Part shown: piece by piece, positions 56,556 through 64,000 of the stretch
Layout of the letters: each line of letters opens with the position of its first letter
Numbering within the stretch: position 1 is the stretch's first letter
NCBI GenBank assembly: GCA_031371635.1
Contig: JANMJZ010000008.1
Span: forward strand, 34-64,033
Length of the DNA stretch: 64,000 bases
Reading direction: 5' to 3'
Source of the DNA: Sphingomonadales bacterium
Lineage (GTDB): Bacteria > Pseudomonadota > Alphaproteobacteria > Sphingomonadales > Sphingomonadaceae
Made by a program: the position numbers and the translations under genes
The notes under the pieces: model-generated
Seen by the model: only the letters and a program-made list of their open reading frames with translations
Told to the model about the DNA's origin: nothing
The model's database searches: none

Positions 56556-56613
56556 TCGATACACAGGGTTTAATGCGGTGGCGGAAGCCGCCGGAACTAG
56601 GGGAAAAGACCAC

Positions 56614-59600
56614 ATGGTTACCAAGGCTCTCCGCCGCAATCTGCTGGCGACGACCATCATCGCCGGGACCTTTATGTCCACTGGTGCCTTCGCGCAGGGA
56701 ACCACGCCGGCCGCCGACGCGCCGAAGGACGAAGATACGATCGTCGTCACCGGATCGCTGATCTCGAACCCGAACCTGGCGCAGTCGTCGCCGGTCGTGG
56801 TCACGACGGCCGAAGAAATCGCCCTTCGCCAGAACAACGTTGCCGAGGAAGTCCTCCGCAGCATCCCGGGCATCGTTCCCAGCATCGGTTCGGCGGTCAA
56901 CAACGGCAACGGCGGCGCCTCGTTCGTCGATCTTCGTGGCCTAGGCTCGAACCGCAACGTCGTTCTGCTCGACGGTAACCGCATCGCGCCCTCGGGTCTG
57001 GTCGGCCGCGTCGACCTCAACAACATTCCGCTGGCACTCGTCGAACGCGTCGATGCGCTGACCGGTGGTGCCTCGACCACCTATGGCGCCGACGCCATCT
57101 CGGGTGTCGTCAACTTCATCACGCGTCGCGACTTCGCCGGCGTCGAAGTGTCGGTCGGTGAAAAGATCACGCAAAAGGGTGACGGCAACTACCTTCGCAC
57201 CGACGTGACGATCGGCGGCAACTTCGACGACGGCAAGGGTAACGCCGTTCTGTCGGTCGGCTATCAGGAATCGGACCCCGTTTATCAGGGCGACCGCGAC
57301 TTCTCGACCAATAACATCAGCTCGTTCTCGGGCACTTTCGGTGGTTCGGGCACGGCGGTTCCGGCGCGCATCACCGGCACCCGTCCGATCGATCCCGCCA
57401 CTGGCCTGCCGAGCGTCAATCCGGCAACGGCCAACGGCGGTGCACGCCAGATCGACCCCACGACGGGACGTGCGGTAACGACCTTTGCTCCGTTCAACTT
57501 CAACCCGTACAACATCTTCCAGACGCCGTTCCGCCGCTACAACATGTTCGCGTCGGCCCGTTACGAGATTTCGGATGCGGTTGAAGTCTACACGCGCGGC
57601 ATGTTCTCGAAGAACACCGTCAATACGATCATCGCGCCGTCGGGTGTTTTCGGCTCGCAGGTCACTGTGCCGCTGAGCAACCCCTATCTGCCGACCGCGC
57701 TGCGCAACCAGCTCTGCGCTTTCAACACCTCAACGGTTGCATCGGGCCTTTACACCCCTCGCTTTGACGCAGCGACCTGCGCCGCTGCCGCGCTGGCAAC
57801 GTCACCGACCGATCCGAACTTCCGTACGGTATCGTTCAACCTGTCGCGTCGTACGGTTGAAAGCGGCCCGCGCACGAGCGAATTCGCAACGACGATCTTC
57901 GACTATCGTGTGGGTCTCCGCGGCGGAATCACCGATACGATCAACTGGGATGTCAACGGCGCCTATGGCGAATCGGAAAACCGTTCGACTGTCGGCGGCT
58001 ACGTCCTGACGTCGCGCGCCCGCGCTGCAGCCTATGCGACCAACACGACGACCTGCCTTGGCACCGGTCCGAATCGTGCCGGTCCTGCAGGCAGCGACAA
58101 CATCGCGTCGGCCGCAGGTTGCGTGCCCGTCAACTTCTTCGGTGACGCCGGCACGATCAGCCAGGCCGGTATCGCCTATCTCGTCCAGCCCTCGACGGTT
58201 CTGGTGAAGACCTCGCTCGCTCAGGCGCGCGCCGTGGTCAGCGGCAACTTCGGCCTTACGATTCCTTCGGCAACCGATGCCGTCGATTTCGCGGTCGGTG
58301 GCGAGTACCGCAAGTACGGCGCTTCGCAGTTCTCCGACTCGCTGTCGAAGTCGGGTGACCTCGGCGGTGCCGGCGGCGCGGCGCCCGACATCGATGGCGG
58401 CTACGACGTCTACGAAGCGTTCGGTGAACTCGTCGTTCCGCTGGTTCAGGACAAGCCGTTCTTCGACGAGCTGACGGTCAAGGGCGGCGTCCGCTACTCG
58501 AGCTACAAGGTCAACGCGGCGACTGCGCCGAAGTACAGCACGACGACCTACAAGGGCGAACTCGCCTGGTCGCCGGTGCGTGACCTGAAGTTCCGTGGTG
58601 GTTACGCCCGCGCGGTTCGTGCGCCGAACATCGCCGAACTGTTCAACCCGGTGACGACTGGCCTGACGTCGCTCGCCACCGACCCCTGCGCGGGCGCGGC
58701 GCCGACGACCAATGCCAGCCTGCGTGCGGTCTGCCTTGCGCAGGGCGCGCCGGTCGGATCGATCGGCAGCATCACCAACCCGACGGCTGGTCAGGCGAAC
58801 AACACCTCGGGCGGCAACCTGAACATCAAGCCGGAAGTGGCCAGCACCTACACGATCGGTGCGGTCGTCACGCCCAGCTTCGTTCCGGGCCTGAACTTCA
58901 CCGTCGATTATTATAACATCAAGGTGAACAAGGCGATCACTTCGCCGACGGCCATCGACGTGCTCAACAAGTGCTTTCGTAACATCACGGCGTCGAGTGC
59001 AACCGATCCGGCATGTAGCTCGTCGGTCATCTCGCGTAGCGCGACGACCGGTGGTCTGGACGGCGATACCAACGTGGTTCGCGGCGTGATCACGCAGCTG
59101 ACCAATGCGGGTCGCCTGTTTACCGACGGTATCGATCTCTCGATCAACTTCCGTCAGGACCTCGGCTTCACCAAGCTGACGCTGAACTTCACCGGGAACT
59201 ACACCTTCCACTCGAACTTCCGTGCGGACGTTGCCGACTCGGCTTCGGTGGATCGTGATTGCACCGGCTATTTCAGCACCAACTGCGCTTCGATCCAGCC
59301 GAAGTTCCAGTGGAGCCAGCGGACGACCTTCTCGTTCGACGACGTCGACTTCTCGGTCCTGTGGCGGCACATCGACAAGGTTGCTTATGAAGGACAGGCA
59401 GCTGACTATCTCGCGCGCGGCTTCACGGCCGGCAACCGCAACCTGTTCTCCGGTACGCTACCGGTACAGGCTGGCGCACCTTTGTCAGGAACGGGTCCGT
59501 ACAACTTCAACTTCATCCGTGCGTACGACTATATCGATCTGGCAGCCCGGTTCGGCCTCACCAAGAACCTGGATCTGACCATCGGTGTCAGCAACCTGTT

Positions 59601-59727
59601 CAACACGAAGCCGCCGCTGACCGGTACCAATGCCGGCACGACGTCGTTCAACAGCGGCAACACCTACCCGTCGACGTACGACTCGCTGGGTCGTTCGTTC
59701 GCGGCTTCGGCACGGGTTCGCTTCTAA
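56614..59727 (+). CDS. TonB-dependent outer-membrane receptor
   Basis: ATG at 56614 (MVTKALRRNLLATTIIAGTFMSTGAFAQ signal peptide). The TonB-box/plug region (DTIVVTGS.., ..VDLRGLGSNRNVVLLDG..) and a beta-barrel ending ..SARVRF. Confidence 0.9.
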   Translation: MVTKALRRNLLATTIIAGTFMSTGAFAQGTTPAADAPKDEDTIVVTGSLISNPNLAQSSPVVVTTAEEIALRQNNVAEEVLRSIPGIVPSIGSAVNNGNGGASFVDLRGLGSNRNVVLLDGNRIAPSGLVGRVDLNNIPLALVERVDALTGGASTTYGADAISGVVNFITRRDFAGVEVSVGEKITQKGDGNYLRTDVTIGGNFDDGKGNAVLSVGYQESDPVYQGDRDFSTNNISSFSGTFGGSGTAVPARITGTRPIDPATGLPSVNPATANGGARQIDPTTGRAVTTFAPFNFNPYNIFQTPFRRYNMFASARYEISDAVEVYTRGMFSKNTVNTIIAPSGVFGSQVTVPLSNPYLPTALRNQLCAFNTSTVASGLYTPRFDAATCAAAALATSPTDPNFRTVSFNLSRRTVESGPRTSEFATTIFDYRVGLRGGITDTINWDVNGAYGESENRSTVGGYVLTSRARAAAYATNTTTCLGTGPNRAGPAGSDNIASAAGCVPVNFFGDAGTISQAGIAYLVQPSTVLVKTSLAQARAVVSGNFGLTIPSATDAVDFAVGGEYRKYGASQFSDSLSKSGDLGGAGGAAPDIDGGYDVYEAFGELVVPLVQDKPFFDELTVKGGVRYSSYKVNAATAPKYSTTTYKGELAWSPVRDLKFRGGYARAVRAPNIAELFNPVTTGLTSLATDPCAGAAPTTNASLRAVCLAQGAPVGSIGSITNPTAGQANNTSGGNLNIKPEVASTYTIGAVVTPSFVPGLNFTVDYYNIKVNKAITSPTAIDVLNKCFRNITASSATDPACSSSVISRSATTGGLDGDTNVVRGVITQLTNAGRLFTDGIDLSINFRQDLGFTKLTLNFTGNYTFHSNFRADVADSASVDRDCTGYFSTNCASIQPKFQWSQRTTFSFDDVDFSVLWRHIDKVAYEGQAADYLARGFTAGNRNLFSGTLPVQAGAPLSGTGPYNFNFIRAYDYIDLAARFGLTKNLDLTIGVSNLFNTKPPLTGTNAGTTSFNSGNTYPSTYDSLGRSFAASARVRF

Positions 59728-59755
59728 ACAAGCGAATTGCCGACCGAATAAAATC

Positions 59756-59790
59756 GGGGGCGGTGCCTTGGCACTGCCCCCATTTTTTTG
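59756..59790 (+). terminator. rho-independent terminator
   Basis: GGGGGCGGTGCC-TT-GGCACTGCCCCC forms a 12-bp stem with one G-U pair, followed by ATTTTTTTG. It lies 29 nt after the receptor stop. Confidence 0.85.
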
Positions 59791-59859
59791 TTTCCGTCAG
59801 AGCGCGTTTGCGTCTTAATATTGGTCTATCTGACGGCAGGTCTTTTCCGGAGTTTGTTC

Positions 59860-60093
59860 ATGTCGACGTCGATCTTCTCACTGTTTCTTGCCGCCGCGAC
59901 TGCGCAAGTCGCAGTGATGCCCGCCGATCCGCTCGACAAGGTACGTTGCGTCCGGGAAGACGTGACAGGTTCACTGGTGTCGAAGCGGAAGGTTTGCCAT
60001 ACCGAACGCGAGTGGCGGCGCATTCGCGGCGACGCGGAGGGTGAAGCCCGGCGCATCACCCAGCCGGGCAATCTCAACGATCTGAATAAATAA
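59860..60093 (+). CDS. small secreted two-Cys protein
   Basis: MSTSIFSLFLAAATAQVAV signal peptide, then ..DKVRCVREDVTGSLVSKRKVCHTEREWRR... 77 aa from the ATG at 59860. Confidence 0.55.
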   Translation: MSTSIFSLFLAAATAQVAVMPADPLDKVRCVREDVTGSLVSKRKVCHTEREWRRIRGDAEGEARRITQPGNLNDLNK

Positions 60094-60102
60094 CGAACTG
60101 GA

Positions 60103-61143
60103 TCAGGGGGCCCAGTATATAGGGTTCGGCAGAACCGGCGACACGCCGGCCGCCTCCGCCACCGCATGTGCCCAGACTTCCACCTTTTCGAGCTCGTCGA
60201 GATGGGCAGCGGCGGCTGCGTCATATTCTGCGTTGCGTGCCCGGGCGTCGAAATGGGCACGATGTTTCGAATGTTGGGCGAAAGCGGGGCCCTCGGTCAC
60301 CGACTGCCACTGTGAATCGGACAGGCTGAGGTCGAAGAAGCTGCCGAGTGCGCGCATCACCTCAAGTGGCGCGGCCAGTAACGCCTCACTGTCCAGCGTT
60401 CGAACGCGGTCGGGTCCGAACTCGCTGGCAATCCGCGCAAAAAGCGTCTGTTGCGCCAGCCAGCCGACGGCGGCAACCTGCAGATCAGTCTGTCCCATAT
60501 AGTCTTCGGTCGAGAAGCCGAGATCGACCAGGCCGTCCCTTAACAGCTTGACCAACAGGTCCCTGACCCAAAGCCTGCCGGTCATCTCCTTCTTGGCGAT
60601 CGATCGCAGGTAGATCCCGAGTGGGGCGTGCAGCAGCAGCGCGCGCGAACCACGGTTCATTGTCATGATGCCGCGCGCCAGACCGTTCGACACATTGCTA
60701 GGTTTCACGATATTCGTCTCGCCGACGCCCAGGGGGCGATCGAGCAGCCTAGTTGCCTGGTCGAGGACCTGAGCGATCCGCGCCGGCGGGCCTCCACCCC
60801 GGTGACGCCAGCCGACGATATCGTTGAAGACCGGGGGTTCCTTGAGCCCCATAGCGACGCCGGGAATATCGAACGCGCGCGCGAGCAGGGTCGAGCAGCA
60901 AAAGGCCGAATGGAAGATGAAATGCGGGGCGTGAAGGGGCGGCAAGGCGTCGATCGCCGCCTGTCGCCCGATTATCGTCACGGGCCGCCCGTTCGGCAGA
61001 TACTCGTCCGTCAGGAAGGTCGCGCTGCGATGGTCATCGCGGGTCAGCCGCATGAAGTGAAATGCATCGCCTTCAGGGTCGTAGCGATGGGCAAGCCATG
61101 TCCCGTCCCGCACTACCTGCTGCACGTCAGGAGGCGGCGTCAC
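60103..61143 (-). CDS. hypothetical protein with sulfotransferase-like block order and substituted cofactor-binding motifs
   Basis: 346 aa. The GTG start is embedded in a GTGA overlap with the upstream sulfotransferase stop. By eye, FHSAFCCSTLLARAF, IVKPSNVSN and RALLLHAPLGIYLRS line up with GYPRSGTTLVENIL, VDMDPLKG and RVLVMRRDPRDVVWS of the neighbour. Confidence 0.6.
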   Translation of the reverse strand: MTPPPDVQQVVRDGTWLAHRYDPEGDAFHFMRLTRDDHRSATFLTDEYLPNGRPVTIIGRQAAIDALPPLHAPHFIFHSAFCCSTLLARAFDIPGVAMGLKEPPVFNDIVGWRHRGGGPPARIAQVLDQATRLLDRPLGVGETNIVKPSNVSNGLARGIMTMNRGSRALLLHAPLGIYLRSIAKKEMTGRLWVRDLLVKLLRDGLVDLGFSTEDYMGQTDLQVAAVGWLAQQTLFARIASEFGPDRVRTLDSEALLAAPLEVMRALGSFFDLSLSDSQWQSVTEGPAFAQHSKHRAHFDARARNAEYDAAAAAHLDELEKVEVWAHAVAEAAGVSPVLPNPIYWAP

Positions 61144-62699
61144 GAATCGAAGCCGAAAAGAGTGATCCAGGGCTGCAGGATGGGCATGACCGGTTCAAGC
61201 TGCGCACGATATCGTTCCCATTGCCGGGTCCCGTCGTACAGCGGCTTGCGAACCTGTGCGGCACTCGCGGTCGATACGCCGCGCGCGCGCGCCGTGCGGT
61301 CGAATTCCCGCAGCGCCGGGTTCCACGGAATGCCGACGAAGGCGCATATTTCCTGGGTCGTCCGGTCGAAATCGCGGACCAGCGCATCGTAGCGAACGTC
61401 ATGCGCGGCTATCGGCATGCGCGCGATGCTGTCCTGCGTCAGGCGCATCAGCGCGTCATAATGCCGGGCCGTGCGTTCGAGCGACGTGAATTCGTAGCTC
61501 GTCGATGTGAGCGCAAAATTCGTGTGGAAGCAACTCCACACGACATCGCGCGGGTCGCGTCGCATGACGAGGACGCGTGCATCGGGGAAGAGTCGGGCGA
61601 TCATGGGCAGGCGAATGCCCTTGAGCGGGTCCATATCGACGAAAGTGCGCCCCGCCACGTCCAGTCCTGCGGCTTTCACCCTGTTCCAATAGGCCTGGCG
61701 ATAGGGGGCTGCGTCGGTTGCGGACAAAGCAGCCAGCCTTTCGAAACCGGCGTCATCGGTCAGAAAGGCTTCATCCGCATCGCGCAGGGTCGGCCGCTCC
61801 TCAAGGGCAAGGACGTCCGGCAACGAGGCAAGTATGTTCTCGACCAGAGTTGTGCCGGATCTCGGGTAGCCGAGCAGAAAAATGTGCCTCTCGGCTTGAT
61901 GGGCGGCTTGCACATTGTCGTCCAGCGCCCAGTCCGTCGTGTTGGAACGCAGGAGCGAGGCGCCGATGCGGGCGATGAATTCCCGGTGCGTTTCGCGCTC
62001 TGGCGGGAACTGGTCGGCATGGACCGCTGCGAACTCGGTTTTGGAGGCGGCATAGGCCCGGAAGGCATCTTCCACTTGCCCAAGCTTGTCGAAGGCGTCG
62101 CCGAGCACATTGAGCGCGTTCGACCGTTCCGAAGAAGGCGAAGAAGTGCTGGCCAGCATTGGCTGCAGCCGGGCGATTACGGCCGCGTAGTCGCCTTCCT
62201 CGATGTCGACGGTCGCAAGTGCGCTCGTGGCGATGAGGTTGTGGGGGTCGATGGCGAGCGCCCGCTCGGCATGTCCTCGGACGACTTCATGGTCGCCCTT
62301 GCGCGCCGCAATCATCGCCATGCCCGCCCAGGGCGCCGCGTTGCCAGGGTCGAGCCGTGCAGCCTCGGCATAGCTTTCGGTCGCGCGTTCGAACGATCCC
62401 CCCGTCGACAACACGAAGCCGCGCTCCAGCCATGCCGATGCATAGGTGGGGCAGGCGCGAATCGCCGCGTCGCAATGCAGGACCGCATCACGCAACCGGC
62501 GCTCCTCGCGGTACATGCTGGCCATTGTCGTGAGCGCCACGGGATCGTTAGGCGCGATGACCAGTGCCTGCTGCAGCAATTCCATCGCACCCGCGCGGTC
62601 GCCACTCTGGGCACGATCCCACGCGACCGTGACATAGTGAAAGGGGTCTCGCTCCCCGCGTGCGATGGCTGCAGTTGCCCCAGCAACGGTATCGGTCAT
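61140..62699 (-). CDS. TPR-repeat + sulfotransferase-domain protein
   Basis: 519 aa from the ATG at 62699. The N-terminal half is TPR-like repeats. The C-terminal half has the PAPS 5'-phosphosulfate loop LLGYPRSGTTLVENIL and the 3'-phosphate motif RRDPRDVVWS. Confidence 0.85.
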   Translation of the reverse strand: MTDTVAGATAAIARGERDPFHYVTVAWDRAQSGDRAGAMELLQQALVIAPNDPVALTTMASMYREERRLRDAVLHCDAAIRACPTYASAWLERGFVLSTGGSFERATESYAEAARLDPGNAAPWAGMAMIAARKGDHEVVRGHAERALAIDPHNLIATSALATVDIEEGDYAAVIARLQPMLASTSSPSSERSNALNVLGDAFDKLGQVEDAFRAYAASKTEFAAVHADQFPPERETHREFIARIGASLLRSNTTDWALDDNVQAAHQAERHIFLLGYPRSGTTLVENILASLPDVLALEERPTLRDADEAFLTDDAGFERLAALSATDAAPYRQAYWNRVKAAGLDVAGRTFVDMDPLKGIRLPMIARLFPDARVLVMRRDPRDVVWSCFHTNFALTSTSYEFTSLERTARHYDALMRLTQDSIARMPIAAHDVRYDALVRDFDRTTQEICAFVGIPWNPALREFDRTARARGVSTASAAQVRKPLYDGTRQWERYRAQLEPVMPILQPWITLFGFDS

Positions 62700-62813
62700 G
62701 CAAGAGGCTTCTGATCGATTGCGCCGCGCCGTCAAGCGGCCCTGCCGGACCAGCGCTGTCCAAGCCTTCCGCGCTGACTTGCGCACGGTGCTGCATTATG
62801 TTTTGCCCACGGA

Positions 62814-64000
62814 ATGAACGCGCTCCCCCCGTCTGCGGTCGACCTGCTGAACCAAGCCGCCGCCGCGCGCCAGAACGGACGGGTGGCTGAGGAACGGGAG
62901 CTGCTTGAAAGGGCGCTCACTATCGCCCCTGGCGATCCGCGCATTCTCAACCGGCTGGGTACCTATGGCCTCGCCAATGGCGATCCTGCGGGTGCCCGTG
63001 AGCGCTTTACCGCCGCCGCGCACGCCGACCCGGGCGAACCCACCCTGTGGGTGAACGTCGCCACCGCCTGCCGCATGCTGGGCGACGATGCCGGGGAACG
63101 TGCCGCGCTGTCCCGCGTGCTCGACATCGACCGCCTGCACTTCATCGGCCAGTTGCGCCTCGCCGAACTCAACCAGCGCCTGGGGCAAGCGCGGGAAGCC
63201 GCCCAGGGCTGGAGCGCAGTGGTGCAACTCGCCGCGGCAATCGACGAGCCGCCGCCGCTGGTGGTGGACGCCCTGGCCCGCGGACGCGCCTTCCTCGAAT
63301 CGCATACGGCCGGTCTTGCGCGCACGCTCGACGCCGCGCTGGGCGAACGACTGGCGGCAATGGGCCCGGCCGCGCGTCGCTTTCAGGCATGCCTCGACCA
63401 TAGTTTGGGCAGACGCATGATTTATCGCAACGAGTGCGCCGGCACCCACTTCCCGTTCCTGCCCGCCGACGAGTTTTTCGACCGTAGCCATTTCCCCTGG
63501 CTTCCCGCGATCGAAGCGCGGACAGACGCCATCAGGGCGGAAGCGCTGGCTCTTGCAACGATGGGAGCCGCTGCCATCCGGCCCTATGTCCAGATGGACA
63601 AAGGAACGCCCAAGAACAAATGGTCGACGCTCGATGGTTCGCTGGACTGGAGCGCCTGTTTCCTGTGGGAATATGGCGTGCGCAACGACGCGATATGCGA
63701 GCTGTGCCCCGAGACGGCGGCGGCGCTGGAGCTGGCGCCGCGTAACCATATCGAGGGGAAGGCGCCTTCGGCGTTTTTTTCCATCCTGAAGCCCGGCGCG
63801 CATATTCCCGCGCACACCGGAGTCACCAACACGCGCGCTATCATTCACTTGCCCCTTGTCGTGCCGCAGGGGTGCCGCTTTCGCGTCGGCGGCGAAACGC
63901 GCAACTGGCGTGAAGGTGAGGCCTTCGCCTTTGACGATACGATCGAACATGAGGCATGGAACGACAGTGCGGAGCAACGCATCGTCCTGATTTTTGACGT
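62814..64000 (+). CDS. TPR + aspartyl/asparaginyl beta-hydroxylase-domain (2OG/Fe(II) cupin) protein, 3' end outside window
   Basis: Not in the ORF track because no stop is reached. My own translation from the ATG at 62814 reads MNALPPSAVDLLNQAAAARQNGRVAEERELLERAL.. (TPR-like) ..FFSILKPGAHIPAHTGVTNTRAIIHLPLVVPQGCRFRVGGETRNWREGEAFAFDDTIEHEAWN (Asp/Asn-hydroxylase pattern). The 393-aa minus-strand track ORF here is its antisense shadow. Confidence 0.8.
   Translation, partial: MNALPPSAVDLLNQAAAARQNGRVAEERELLERALTIAPGDPRILNRLGTYGLANGDPAGARERFTAAAHADPGEPTLWVNVATACRMLGDDAGERAALSRVLDIDRLHFIGQLRLAELNQRLGQAREAAQGWSAVVQLAAAIDEPPPLVVDALARGRAFLESHTAGLARTLDAALGERLAAMGPAARRFQACLDHSLGRRMIYRNECAGTHFPFLPADEFFDRSHFPWLPAIEARTDAIRAEALALATMGAAAIRPYVQMDKGTPKNKWSTLDGSLDWSACFLWEYGVRNDAICELCPETAAALELAPRNHIEGKAPSAFFSILKPGAHIPAHTGVTNTRAIIHLPLVVPQGCRFRVGGETRNWREGEAFAFDDTIEHEAWNDSAEQRIVLIFD

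Noticed and set aside
56362-56613. Cobalamin or TPP riboswitch in the TonB-dependent receptor leader
   Set aside because: No B12-box-like or TPP-core-like sequence was recognisable by eye. Only short palindromes are present, and these are reported separately at low confidence.
1-64000. Search for CRISPR arrays, tRNA/rRNA genes, IS elements, integrases, toxin-antitoxin pairs and phage or defence genes
   Set aside because: I noticed no regularly spaced direct repeats, no T-loop-like (GGTTCGA-type) contexts outside coding regions, and no transposase-, integrase- or nuclease-like ORFs. Coding density and GC content look uniform apart from short AT-richer promoter spacers. A covariance-model scan (tRNAscan/Rfam) would be needed to exclude small RNAs formally.

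Overview
This is a high-GC, densely coding bacterial chromosomal window. The gene content looks like an alphaproteobacterium of the Sphingomonadaceae type. That is an inference from the families present: a large TonB-dependent receptor, a TPR-sulfotransferase / Asp-beta-hydroxylase pair, alphaproteobacterial SspB, ATP12, Coq7 and a hisBHAF-hisE operon. I call about 75 protein-coding genes. Most are housekeeping genes (argG, argB, folD, hisB/H/A/F/E, fumC, gmk, purD, xseA, queG, crcB, ctpA, dsbB, coq7), and many sit in translationally coupled chains with 4-nt start/stop overlaps. I recognised no rRNA, tRNA, CRISPR array, transposase, integrase or phage genes. All family names come from motifs read by eye, not from database searches. 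The main points of interest are:

- **Gtr-like module (5.3-12.5 kb).** It contains a GT2 polyprenyl-phosphate glycosyltransferase, a GtrA-like protein, a SAM methyltransferase and three unassigned polytopic membrane proteins, two of them tandem paralogues. I read it as a candidate periplasmic glycosylation system with an unknown acceptor.
- **Sulfotransferase / hydroxylase locus (59.8-64 kb).** It lies next to a TonB-dependent receptor and contains a TPR-sulfotransferase, a coupled protein with sulfotransferase-like block order but substituted cofactor-binding motifs, and a divergent TPR + Asp/Asn beta-hydroxylase. The hydroxylase gene runs off the window and is missing from the ORF track.
- **Three single-domain PilZ proteins** within 5.7 kb.
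- **A PEP-CTERM-like mini-protein** inside the his operon.
- **Two frameshifts at G-runs.** One splits an adenosine-kinase-like gene. The other lies in a small ORF inside the only large (460 bp) non-coding gap.
- **Several micro-ORFs** below the ORF-track length cutoff.
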